A stretch of 53,787 nucleotides of DNA from Methanomassiliicoccales archaeon (GCA_030612505.1 JAUWNU010000002.1:1-53787), one strand, 5' to 3'; shown: positions 26,249 through 35,047, counted from the first letter of the stretch. Notes: generated by a model not told the origin, from the sequence alone. Numbers and translations: made by a program.

Positions 26249-26864
26249 ATCTTTATTTCTTCAGCATATAATCTCAAACATTGAAAAATAAGTAGAGCGA
26301 GGTTTGGGACTTGCGTCCCATGTTGGAGAGAGAAACCCCGCCCGTGGGGAAGAGTTTATCGTGATTTTTCTTGATTTCTGCCCACGTAATAACTTCCTGT
26401 TTCCCATAGGGATATTGACCAGGGCATATTAATAATTAACATGCTAATTATTGCTATATGCAGCACTTTCGCAGAAAAAGAAAAAAAAGAACGGAGATGA
26501 TGTTTATGAACCTTCATAAAAAAATGAAGGGAGTTCATCGTAATGGCGAGGAGTTTGCAAAGAAATCATGCAAACCCCTCTGATAGGTCGTTGGGGTGGG
26601 ATTAACTTATGATAATGAAACATATTCTTGAGCCTATATATACCCTCTTTGAACATTCTCAATTTTGATAAAATGCATACACTAGTAATTTACTGCCGCA
26701 CATAGCTGATAGGATGAATCTTAGATTCATCCCTTTTCATGGGCTGGATGAAAGCGAGGGGCAGTAAACAGAGGAATCCGCCACACCCGCAGCAAAAAAT
26801 TCGAAATTTTTGTTTAGAATTCACAGGCATGTGGCTTATTGAGGTAAACATACAGTCATAACAT

Positions 26865-26954
26865 AACTTTGACAATTGATGAATAAATATTCGTCAAAGT
26901 TAAGTTAAACGCAAATTTGACAAACATGATGATGACTTAAATGTCAAATTTGCG
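26865..26954. repeat. Two adjacent TTTGAC-N19-GTCAAA palindromes (26865-26901 and 26910-26954)
   Basis: aacTTTGAC-N19-GTCAAAgtt has perfect 9-nt arms. cgcaaaTTTGACA-N19-TGTCAAAtttgcg has perfect 13-nt arms, the same arms as at 21359-21403. Confidence 0.75.
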
Positions 26955-27122
26955 ACATAAAGGAACTGGCATCTATATCATCAACCAGAAACGCCAGCTC
27001 CTTTAGGGGCTGGTAGTTTACGAAATGACAACTCATTAAACATGCACAACTCTTTTTTCTTTTTTTGTTATCCAAAAAATAAAATATGTGTAGAATATTG
27101 TTTAGCATTAGTGGTGAAGACT

Positions 27123-27833
27123 ATGAACAAAAACACTGAAATAAATAAGATAAAATTAGAATGGCTTGGCCATTCTTGTTTTAGAATTGAGATTGCCAAT
27201 GAGTCTTTTTATTTTGATCCAGTAAGAAAGAACGTTGTATTGGGAACCTCTCTGGAACCTCTAAAGGAAAAGAAGGCATCTGCGATTTTCGTCTCACACG
27301 AACATTGGGACCATTTCAATACTGAAACCATATTGGCTCTTTGTTCCCCTCAGACCAAAATATATTGCCCCATGGATGTTGCTGGCCCCCTGTCATATGG
27401 AATGACCTTTGAAGGCAGCAGTCCCGAAGAACTCCAAAAACTCACCAGACAAATCACCCCTGCCCAAAAAGAAGATATTATCAAGATTAATGATGTACAA
27501 ATCAAATGTTTAGAGGCTTCAGAGGGCTTATCATTCTTGATAGTTCACGAAGAGAGAAAATTACTATTCATGGGAGACTCCACAGCAACAAATGATATGA
27601 TAAAAGAGAAACCAGATATTGTTTTATTCCCAGTATGGGCGGTAAAAGGTGAGGAAGCAAAGTTGGAAGAGTTCCTAGACCTTGCAAGGGAAAGTCTCTG
27701 TATACCCATGCATTATTACAATTCGCCAGATGCCCTGCCTCAGTTTCGTGTGGATCCGCAAGAGATTCAAGAGTTATTGTCTAATAAGGTAAATATGAAA
27801 ATTCTGGAGAAAAACAGAATATATGAAATCTAA
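27123..27833 (+). CDS. Metallo-beta-lactamase-fold hydrolase
   Basis: VSHEHWDHF (HxHxDH) and LEWLGHSCFRIE. The ATG at 27123 is preceded by GGTGA; the longer track ORF starts at 27042. Confidence 0.8.
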   Translation: MNKNTEINKIKLEWLGHSCFRIEIANESFYFDPVRKNVVLGTSLEPLKEKKASAIFVSHEHWDHFNTETILALCSPQTKIYCPMDVAGPLSYGMTFEGSSPEELQKLTRQITPAQKEDIIKINDVQIKCLEASEGLSFLIVHEERKLLFMGDSTATNDMIKEKPDIVLFPVWAVKGEEAKLEEFLDLARESLCIPMHYYNSPDALPQFRVDPQEIQELLSNKVNMKILEKNRIYEI

Positions 27834-27920
27834 ATTCAAGATTAATCGAAGCAAGCTTGATTGTTGAATTAGGAGGCATATTCATAAATACAAGTAAACC
27901 AATATTTACAGAGGTTGGCC

Positions 27921-28832
27921 ATGAACATACAAGAGACTTCTGTCAAGATAGAAGATATGACAATCCGCGGAGCCGGACGAATTGCCAGACATGCCTCATT
28001 GGCGCTGAAGGACTATGCTAGCTCTTATTCAGGTAATGACCTGGAAGAATTTCTTCAGGGCCTCGATAAAGCCGCAGTTAGATTGATTTCCACAAGGCCA
28101 ACAGCTATTTCACTCTTCAATGGAGTGCAATTAACTCTAAAAGGTGTTAAAGAGGAATCTGAGTTGGAATCTGCCAGGCAATTACTAATAAAAAATTCTG
28201 ATGCTTTCTGCGAACTGTCAAATTCAGCATATGGCAAGATGGCCAGTTATGGTCCAGACCTGGTTCCGGAAACCGGAAAAAAGGCAATAACAATCTGCAA
28301 TTCCACTGCCGCAATATCTGTCATCAAGGCAGCATACCAGGCAGGAAAAATTACTGGTGTTTATGCATGCGAGACCAGGCCGAAAAAGCAAGGTCTTATT
28401 ACTGTTCGTGAGCTGGCAGAGGCCGGTGTTCCAGTAACCTTAATTGTTGACTCGGCAATGAGATATGTCATGCCCCAGGTTTCTATTGCTTTCATTGGAA
28501 CCGATTCTCTGGAATCCGATGGCAGCGTTATTAATAAAATTGGAACCCAGATACTTGCAGTAACCGCTAGAGACTTCAATGTTCCGGTTTATTCATGCAC
28601 TGAAACCTACAAGTTCTTGCCGCCAAGCAAGGCAGGCCAGCGAGTTCAGATCGAGCTAAGGCCTATAGACGAGATTATTGCTCCCGAGGAACTGCCGGAT
28701 GGCGTGGAGGTCTACAATCCCGTATTTGATAGGGTGCCGCCGGAGCTCATTACCGGCATAATTACTGAGGTCGGGGTAATCAAGCCCTCCCAGGTATCCA
28801 GCATCTCTGAGAGATATCTTGAGGGAATTTAA
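27921..28832 (+). CDS. Ribose-1,5-bisphosphate isomerase (eIF-2B alpha/beta/delta-like family)
   Basis: IRGAGRIARHA...ICNSTAA...ETRPKKQG...VDSA...IGTDS pattern of the e2b2/MtnA family. It is adjacent to the AMP phosphorylase. The ATG at 27921 follows GAGG; the track start at 27915 is TTG. Confidence 0.8.
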   Translation: MNIQETSVKIEDMTIRGAGRIARHASLALKDYASSYSGNDLEEFLQGLDKAAVRLISTRPTAISLFNGVQLTLKGVKEESELESARQLLIKNSDAFCELSNSAYGKMASYGPDLVPETGKKAITICNSTAAISVIKAAYQAGKITGVYACETRPKKQGLITVRELAEAGVPVTLIVDSAMRYVMPQVSIAFIGTDSLESDGSVINKIGTQILAVTARDFNVPVYSCTETYKFLPPSKAGQRVQIELRPIDEIIAPEELPDGVEVYNPVFDRVPPELITGIITEVGVIKPSQVSSISERYLEGI

Positions 28833-28852
28833 ATTTACAGGAGGTATATAAT

Positions 28853-30382
28853 ATGAAATATAAAATTAAAGAAATAAATGTGGATGCAGGCGAATTTACT
28901 ATAATACTGAATAGTGCAGACGCGAAAGAATTAGGAGTTCGTTCGCTGGACCGGGTTAAGGTGATCGCTGGTGAGCATACAATAACCTGTATTGTGGAAA
29001 CTTCTGATTCAGTGGTTTCCCAGGGTGAGATAGGCATTCTCTGCAAGGCCTTCGAAAAGCTAAAGGCTTGTGACGGCGGAGATGTTGATGTCATACCCAC
29101 TAGCAGGCCCCATTCTGTTGAATTGATTAAGAAAAAGATCGAAGGCCATGTATTAACTTCTGATGAAATTCGGGAGATAATTACTGACATTACCAAACAC
29201 AATCTCACAGATATCGAATTAACAGCATATGTTGTGGCATGCCAGCTTAATGGCATGAACCTGGATGAAACAACCGCCCTAACAAGGTCCATGGTTGAGA
29301 CCGGCGATACAATTGAGTTAGATAAATCGCCAGTGTTCGACTTTCACAGCATCGGCGGCGCACCCGGGAATAAAATAACACTGCTGGTTGTGCCAATAGT
29401 TGCCGCTGCCGGATTATACATTCCAAAAACATCTTCCAGGGCAATATCCAGTGCCTGCGGAACTGCTGATATTTTTGAGACCATTGCCCGGGTAAGTCTA
29501 GAAATCGACGAGATAAAGCACATAACCGAGGAGATTGGTGGGGTAATTGCCTGGGGCGGGCATGTGAACTTTGCTCCTGCTGATGATTTGATTATTCGCG
29601 TGGAATATCCGCTGAGCATTGACCCCTACAGCCAGTTAATTGCCTCGGTCATGGCTAAAAAGAAAGCAGTAGGCGCAGATTATTTCCTGCTGGATATCCC
29701 AACTGGCCCTGGAACAAAAGTCGAGGACTATGAGCTTGCCCACAAGTATGCCAATGATTTTATTGAAATTGGAAGAAGACTGGACATGAAGGTTGAATGC
29801 GCAATTACCTACGGCGGCCAGCCACTTGGACGGCATATTGGACCCAAACTGGAGGCACAGGAGGCCATGCAGATTCTTGAGGGAAAAATTACCCGGAGCA
29901 GCGTTATTGAGAAGGCTGTTTCCATGGCAGGCATACTCTTCGAAATGTCTGGCATGATTAATGGCAAGCAGAAAGCCCGTGAGATTCTGGAAAATGGTCA
30001 GGCACTTGCCAAGATGCGGCAAATTCTCAAGGCCCAGGATGGCGATCCTAATTTGAAATCTGAAGATATCAAGCCAGGTGAGTTCAAGGCAGTAATAACA
30101 GCTAACCAGGATGGCTATGTCACGTTTCTTGATAATAAGAAACTTGTGCGACTGGCTAGAACCGCAGGTTCCCCCAGGGACCACGGCGCTGGACTTGTGT
30201 TCCTGAAAAAGCGTGGCGACCACATAGAAAAGGACCAGCCAATGTTCGAGATCCACGGCGACAATGAAAGAAAAGTTCTCGAGGCAGCAGCCCTGTCAAA
30301 TCGCCTGAAACCCTATACTGTTGAGGGAATGATAATCGAGCATATTCCCAGCACCACCAGGCCAGTAGAATACGAGGATTAA
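28853..30382 (+). CDS. deoA: AMP phosphorylase (archaeal thymidine-phosphorylase family with N-terminal extension)
   Basis: 509 aa. HSIGGAPGNK, SSRAISSACGTADIFE, VMAKKKA and a PYNP_C-like C-terminus. GGAGG lies 8 nt upstream. It is paired with the R15P isomerase, as in the archaeal AMP (pentose bisphosphate) pathway. Confidence 0.9.
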   Translation: MKYKIKEINVDAGEFTIILNSADAKELGVRSLDRVKVIAGEHTITCIVETSDSVVSQGEIGILCKAFEKLKACDGGDVDVIPTSRPHSVELIKKKIEGHVLTSDEIREIITDITKHNLTDIELTAYVVACQLNGMNLDETTALTRSMVETGDTIELDKSPVFDFHSIGGAPGNKITLLVVPIVAAAGLYIPKTSSRAISSACGTADIFETIARVSLEIDEIKHITEEIGGVIAWGGHVNFAPADDLIIRVEYPLSIDPYSQLIASVMAKKKAVGADYFLLDIPTGPGTKVEDYELAHKYANDFIEIGRRLDMKVECAITYGGQPLGRHIGPKLEAQEAMQILEGKITRSSVIEKAVSMAGILFEMSGMINGKQKAREILENGQALAKMRQILKAQDGDPNLKSEDIKPGEFKAVITANQDGYVTFLDNKKLVRLARTAGSPRDHGAGLVFLKKRGDHIEKDQPMFEIHGDNERKVLEAAALSNRLKPYTVEGMIIEHIPSTTRPVEYED

Positions 30383-30419
30383 TCAAAAAAACTATTTACT
30401 TCGGCGTGATACTCCTATC

Positions 30420-30779
30420 ATGGAAGAATCACCAATAGGCTTCATGATACATGGCTTTAGCAAGGATGAGACCCAGCTAGTTCATGAATTCCTTCAGACC
30501 CTTGCAGGCTGCGAGATTATTCCAATCTCTGCCACTGGCATGGAAACTCTTCGTGTTGCGGAAATTTTGAACTCTGCGCCCTATGATAATTTTGCCAGTT
30601 CTGAACCGAAGATACTAATGTTCCTTGGGTTCGGGGATGATAAGATAGGCGCTGCAATGAAGCATTTTCCTGGAGAAAAGCCAATATTCTGTTCGCCCAC
30701 AGAGCAGAACCTGCAGTGGACCCTGGAATATCTTATCGAGCATCTGCTTGAGGAACGGGCATCGTTCAGCAAGAAATAA
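30420..30779 (+). CDS. Hypothetical small protein
   Basis: 119-aa ORF on the same strand just after deoA. No confident motif. Confidence 0.55.
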   Translation: MEESPIGFMIHGFSKDETQLVHEFLQTLAGCEIIPISATGMETLRVAEILNSAPYDNFASSEPKILMFLGFGDDKIGAAMKHFPGEKPIFCSPTEQNLQWTLEYLIEHLLEERASFSKK

Positions 30780-30809
30780 AAATATAAGCTTCCAGTACAT
30801 TCCCTATAC

Positions 30810-31550
30810 ATGAGAGAGGACTATCCATTGCCCGAGCAGGCAATGGACGATTATCCACTGCCCAAGCAGGCCACGGATGAACATCCATCACCCCAGCAGG
30901 CAATGGATGAACAGCTATTGCGCGGCAGGGATTGGAAGCTGATTCCTAATCTTTTGACATTATTCAGACTAATTATTGTAATTCCATTTATCTGTGCTCT
31001 CTGGGTTCATGAATATTACTTGGCGATTTTTCTTCTCTGGATTGCGGCGCCTACTGATATGTTGGACGGCATAATTGCCAGACGTCTTAACCAATGTTCA
31101 AGCCTGGGGCAGGTTCTGGACCTTTTTGTCGACCGAATACTTACCCTGCCAGCAGTGTTTATTATCTGGTATCAGGGCTATTTCACCGGTCAACCTCTTT
31201 ACCCCTGGCTGGCAATATTCTGGGCTGTGGTATTGATTGCAACCGATGCCACAATCATGGTTGGCGTATTGCGGTTCATTCCTCGGAAACTGGCCGATCA
31301 GAAACTAGAATTTCCTGAGCCCTCGACATTTGTCAAGCTCACCTATCCAGTGCAAATAATCGCACTCAGTTTCGTCATCGGTGTGCCGACCTGGGAGTTC
31401 AAGATTTTTTCTACCGTGGTATTCTCCGGCTATCTGATTCTGGCAAGCATCATGACCATAATGGCTGGAATCCTGTACATGAGGGTGGCTGGCTGGTTGT
31501 TTAAATCCGGAGGCACGCCCCTCAAGCCTGAGGAAAAGCCCCCTGAGTGA
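30810..31550 (+). CDS. CDP-alcohol phosphatidyltransferase with an N-terminal decapeptide-repeat tail
   Basis: Signature D-x2-DG-x2-AR-x8-G-x3-D-x3-D appears as PTDMLDGIIARRLNQCSSLGQVLDLFVDR. Multiple TM segments. Confidence 0.85.
   Translation: MREDYPLPEQAMDDYPLPKQATDEHPSPQQAMDEQLLRGRDWKLIPNLLTLFRLIIVIPFICALWVHEYYLAIFLLWIAAPTDMLDGIIARRLNQCSSLGQVLDLFVDRILTLPAVFIIWYQGYFTGQPLYPWLAIFWAVVLIATDATIMVGVLRFIPRKLADQKLEFPEPSTFVKLTYPVQIIALSFVIGVPTWEFKIFSTVVFSGYLILASIMTIMAGILYMRVAGWLFKSGGTPLKPEEKPPE
30819..30908 (+). repeat. 3 x 30-bp in-frame tandem repeat
   Basis: gactatccattgcccgagcaggcaatggac / gattatccactgcccaagcaggccacggat / gaacatccatcaccccagcaggcaatggat, encoding DYPLPEQAMD DYPLPKQATD EHPSPQQAMD. 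Confidence 0.9.
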
Positions 31551-31651
31551 TCCTTTCTTCTCGGGGATATGACAAGGAGGTTCAAAAATAAGAAAAAAAG
31601 GGCAGCCAAGCTGCCCATTGGGGGCGGGAACTGAGAAGTTCCCAAAGGAAT

Positions 31652-33115
31652 TCACCATTTCTTTGGAGAAGTTTTCCTGATTGTTATCACCGAGATTGCA
31701 ATGACTCCCACAACTATGCCCACCATGACATAAAGGCCAATGAGACCGCCAATAACTTCCAGTGGTCCAAGATTAACACCGATGTCCAGGAAAAGTGCAT
31801 TGGAAATATAGCTGGGGTCATGGAATATGTCGTGGCCCATTGGGTAAATGTAGCCGCCCAGGAATAGAATTCCATGTACGTATCCATCATGATTTTCTCC
31901 TTCCCAGTCTATATTTTGACCGGCGTGAATTTGGAAGTACATTTCCTTCTCTTCGCCATCAACTGTCACATTGCTTACCCAGTTCATTTCGCCGACCTTC
32001 TGCCAGTTGTCCCTGAAGATGATAACATCCTTTGAAAGGCGGGTTGATTCCTCTGGTATTGTGTCGGTTGCTGTGACGTCTCCTTCTGAGCCAGTGAATG
32101 TCTCAAGCTCTGCTATTCCGATTGCATCCTCGGCTGTGGCATTGAGGAACTGAACATCCATCCAGTCCTGCACAAATGTAGGGATAAATGTTCCGAATGC
32201 TGTGGCTGTTTCCAACATGAGCAAGTTATCCTGGGATTCATAGTCCCAGTCCTTTATCCAGTGGTCGAACTTGAACTCGGTTGTAAGGCTTGTTCCGGTG
32301 TATGTTCTTGATTCCATCTCTGTTGAAGCAATTGGTGCTCCGTCTGCATATGTGACCCTGTACCATGGAACACTTACATTGAACTCGTCCAGTACTGTGC
32401 CAAGATGGAACTGGAAGGCAATATCGTGAACCTTTCCGTCTGCCTCGGTTCCTGCTCTTGAACCATCTTCATTCTCTGCTGGCTCATTGTCCCATATCTT
32501 ATCGTATAGAACATTCTTGGCACTGAGTGTGAAGGTCCATTCCTTCTCTGTTGTTCCAAGGGTCCTTGTTTCCTCTATCTCCGAGCGCTCCCATGACCTG
32601 TTTAAATCTACTATCTTATACACTGGCTCCAATGAACCAAGTGCGAAATCGTCAATTGTTCCGCCTGCTCCCTGGAAATCGAAGAGGCCGTTTCCAGCGC
32701 CGTATCTCTCGCCGCTGAATGGCTCCAGATATCCGTCATCACTGAACTCGATTAACATGGCCAGCTTCTGAATGTAAATTGTCAGCACTGGTATCCCGGT
32801 TGCAGGAACCATCATTGCTCCATCTTCATTCCGAATCTCTGCGCCGCCAAGGAATCTGAGATGGGCTGATACGATTGTTACGGAATTTGAATGCGTCTCA
32901 TTGCCGTAAACAACTCCGAACCAGGCTGTAGAATCGCCCTTGGTCATGTTCAATGCCACATAGTCGCCTCCCTCCCACTCGGTGGTGGAGCCAACTTCTA
33001 TGGCCAGATGATCTTCAATACTCAATACTTCGGCCCTGACAGTGGTTGCAGGTCCAAAGGCGCACAGTCCCAGCATGAGAGCGGCGAACACCGCCCCAAA
33101 CATTATTATTTTCAT
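31652..33115 (-). CDS. Secreted protein with signal peptide and C-terminal TM anchor
   Basis: N-terminal MKIIMFGAVFAALMLGLCAFGPATTVRAE. C-terminal VIGGLIGLYVMVGIVVGVIAISVITIRK. Confidence 0.75.
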   Translation of the reverse strand: MKIIMFGAVFAALMLGLCAFGPATTVRAEVLSIEDHLAIEVGSTTEWEGGDYVALNMTKGDSTAWFGVVYGNETHSNSVTIVSAHLRFLGGAEIRNEDGAMMVPATGIPVLTIYIQKLAMLIEFSDDGYLEPFSGERYGAGNGLFDFQGAGGTIDDFALGSLEPVYKIVDLNRSWERSEIEETRTLGTTEKEWTFTLSAKNVLYDKIWDNEPAENEDGSRAGTEADGKVHDIAFQFHLGTVLDEFNVSVPWYRVTYADGAPIASTEMESRTYTGTSLTTEFKFDHWIKDWDYESQDNLLMLETATAFGTFIPTFVQDWMDVQFLNATAEDAIGIAELETFTGSEGDVTATDTIPEESTRLSKDVIIFRDNWQKVGEMNWVSNVTVDGEEKEMYFQIHAGQNIDWEGENHDGYVHGILFLGGYIYPMGHDIFHDPSYISNALFLDIGVNLGPLEVIGGLIGLYVMVGIVVGVIAISVITIRKTSPKKW

Positions 33116-33255
33116 TTTTTATTCCTCCATTTTATTTTTCCATTTTTTACTTGTTGAGAGAAATATGCCGGATTAGGGGTATATAAACCCCCGAATCTCT
33201 TTTCCTGCACAATGTTTCTGAGGGTTTTTTATACCAAAAACTCGGATTTAGTACT

Positions 33256-34062
33256 ATGAAAAAGGATGTTAGAGCTGTTGAGAATCCCATATCTGCAATG
33301 TTCGACCTTTCGGAAGATGTGGCGCAGCAGGCCCCTAATATCAAGAGCCTGGTGCATTATGCATCTGCTTTTATTATTGTCTGGCTGATTATTAATGTTT
33401 TTCTTGGATTAGCATTATTAGTAACCGGGCAATTATTTCTCATGCTCATAATGCTGGTGCTGTTCATCATGGGCGTTACATCGCTGATCTTACTTAGACG
33501 GATCAATCACTTTTTCAAATATTTTGTGGCCAGGCAGCGGGCAATTACCGCAGTTCGGCAGATGGACCCAATGGTCTATGCCCCTAAGGGAAATAACGTG
33601 ACAGAAAGACTGGTGACATATTTCAGGGCCAGCCTTCCAGCCTTCCAGCGAAAAGAGGTTGAAGTTGCTATGCCAGGTATTGTTCAGGGAGTGCACGGCA
33701 CAGAATACCGTTTTGACGCGTACATCAAGGAGCCAGCAAGTGGGGCATGGAAGTCCATGGGCCTTGGGGCACATGGGTTCAGTGTTTTTATCAAGGCCTT
33801 CAAAGAACCACCAACTGTGAAAGATCTTCAAGCTCTGAAAAAGGCAGTGGAGGACGTCAGCCAGCGCACCGGTATCCCACCAGTGCGGGTAATAGCACTC
33901 TGGGAGCGGGACGAGGACCAGATTATCTCCGATGCAGCATACAACTTTGTAATGAACAATCAGGTGGAAATAAAGTTCAAGTCCAGGAAGCTAAAATGTG
34001 CAATGGAGATTGTTTCCGAGACCGAAGGTTCATATGATTTTATCCCGTATATTGTTCAATGA
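33256..34062 (+). CDS. Membrane protein (2 TM) with a cytoplasmic C-terminal domain of unknown function
   Basis: TM segments FIIVWLIINVFLGLALLV and LFLMLIMLVLFIMGVTSLILL. The C-terminal YRFDAYIKE...FSVFIKAFKE is weakly reminiscent of a D...(E/x)K nuclease-fold pattern (speculative). Confidence 0.6.
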   Translation: MKKDVRAVENPISAMFDLSEDVAQQAPNIKSLVHYASAFIIVWLIINVFLGLALLVTGQLFLMLIMLVLFIMGVTSLILLRRINHFFKYFVARQRAITAVRQMDPMVYAPKGNNVTERLVTYFRASLPAFQRKEVEVAMPGIVQGVHGTEYRFDAYIKEPASGAWKSMGLGAHGFSVFIKAFKEPPTVKDLQALKKAVEDVSQRTGIPPVRVIALWERDEDQIISDAAYNFVMNNQVEIKFKSRKLKCAMEIVSETEGSYDFIPYIVQ

Positions 34063-34089
34063 ATTAGGCCGCTAGAATCGAAGGCTGAA

Positions 34090-34330
34090 CCAATCATGCC
34101 CCGTCTGTGAGCACGATACTTCGTGCGAAGTAGGCTGAAAACCGAAGGGTTTCAGCTGTGGAGGGCGGGGTTGTACCATCCAATTTCTCTGAATTGGATG
34201 AGTTGACACCGATTCTTTTTCTTTCAAACTTTGGATGCCCCGTCCGTGAACACGATTTTTCGTGTGAAGTAGGCTGAAAGCCAAAGGGTTTCAGCTGTGG
34301 AGGGCGGGGAGGTGGTCGCCACCGGCATGC
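34090..34330 (+). repeat. Structured intergenic repeat, copy F (composite; both units carry the 72-nt insert: 34099-34170 and 34238-34309)
   Basis: ccaatcatg-CCCCGTCTGTGA-GCACGAtactTCGTGC-gaagtagg-CTGAAAaCCgaaGGgTTTCAG-ctgtgga-GGGCGGGG-ttgtac-CATCCAATTtctctgAATTGGATG-agttgaca-T-rich-CCCCGTCCGTGA-ACACGAttttTCGTGT-...-GGGCGGGG-aggtggtcgccaccggcatg. Confidence 0.85.
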
Positions 34331-34372
34331 AGCCCATGGAACACTGCCCACCAGGGGTCAAGCCCTGGAACC

Positions 34373-34804
34373 TCACTCCCCATCAAACCAGTAAGGCATA
34401 TTGCGGAACCGATAATGATCCTTGATCTGCTCCCTGTAAAGCTCATTGTAGAATGCATTGAACTTTCTGATATGCAGCACACCTTCCTTGGTAATGAATA
34501 TCCGATAACGGCCGTCAATCTTCTCCATGTGGATGAACCCGTCCTCTTTCAGCCACCCTATAACTTTCTCGGTCATGTAGTGATTCGACTTAATTTCGTG
34601 TTTGATGTCCTCTTTTGACAGCGGTTTTGCATGTTCTTCCAGAAGATTATCAAGTTTATCTTCCAGGCCAGACTGATAAATATCTATGCCAAGTTCTGAG
34701 ACTAACCTGTTTAGAACGAAGCAGCCGTATATCTTGCTGTCCTTGTAACGTCTCTCCTCTGGCATCGTGTTGATATTGTTCATCTGATATAAGAGAATTA
34801 TCAA
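34373..34804 (-). CDS. Winged-helix DNA-binding protein
   Basis: EKVIGWLKEDGFIHMEKIDGRYRIFITKEG (helix plus wing). Confidence 0.6.
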   Translation of the reverse strand: MIILLYQMNNINTMPEERRYKDSKIYGCFVLNRLVSELGIDIYQSGLEDKLDNLLEEHAKPLSKEDIKHEIKSNHYMTEKVIGWLKEDGFIHMEKIDGRYRIFITKEGVLHIRKFNAFYNELYREQIKDHYRFRNMPYWFDGE

Positions 34805-34870
34805 TACTGATTTTCATTATTGAGAATATTCTGCAACCCCTTATATTCTCCCGACTTAATTTGCCTTCTC

Positions 34871-35047
34871 ATGGAAATGGAAGAATATGATATTATGGAA
34901 AAACCCACATATGAAACCTTCAGAAGTCAGAACGGCTCCTGGGTCGAATGTTCCGGCTGCCGAGCAATAATGTACGATACCTTCGGCAATTGCTGGTCCT
35001 GCGGCTCTGCCATGACCGAAGAAAATAAAGTGCCAGTTATTTTGTAA
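34871..35047 (+). CDS. Small zinc-ribbon protein
   Basis: MEMEEYDIMEK...ECSGCRAIM...NCWSCGSAM has two CxxC pairs. I preferred the ATG at 34871 over the TTG at 34820. Confidence 0.45.
   Translation: MEMEEYDIMEKPTYETFRSQNGSWVECSGCRAIMYDTFGNCWSCGSAMTEENKVPVIL

Noticed and set aside
10700-26250. Classical integron with attC sites
   Set aside because: I could find no RYYYAAC/GTTRRRY core sites. The repeats occur in both orientations, cassette orientation is mixed, and no integrase is in the window. I kept this only as a loose analogy in the findings.
21359-26954. TTGACA in the palindromes read as a bacterial -35 promoter element
   Set aside because: The gene content and the TATA/leaderless architecture indicate an archaeon, where sigma70-type -35 boxes are not used.
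26249-27122. RNase P or SRP RNA in the 870-bp gene-free hairpin-rich stretch
   Set aside because: I could not find the conserved cores (e.g. GAGGAAAGTCC for RNase P, or the GGAA/AGCA helix-8 motifs for SRP). The stretch is left as unexplained non-coding sequence.
28780-30386. Long antisense ORFs inside deoA (28780..29292, 29344..29619, 29636..30256, 30156..30386), with similar cases at 44822..45361 in xpd, 50812..51501 in the ftsZ-like gene, 2220..2597 in the kinase, 22165..22572, 35172..35510 and 49101..49553
   Set aside because: They lie opposite ORFs with strong family motifs and have low-complexity or odd composition. They are typical shadow ORFs.
34099-34170. Hammerhead-like ribozyme reading of CCCCGT-CTGTGA-stem-GAAG-...
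   Set aside because: The core differs from the CUGANGA...GAAA consensus. It is one nucleotide short, has GAAG instead of GAAA, and has 8 extra nt before the third stem. The resemblance is superficial.
11373-34330. CRISPR array, tRNA genes or split tRNAs as an explanation for the repeats
   Set aside because: Spacing is irregular, from kilobases to 77 nt, and orientation is mixed, so this is not CRISPR-like. The 72-nt unit is tRNA-sized but has only two internal hairpins, no T-arm or anticodon-arm geometry and no conserved GTTC/D-loop elements.
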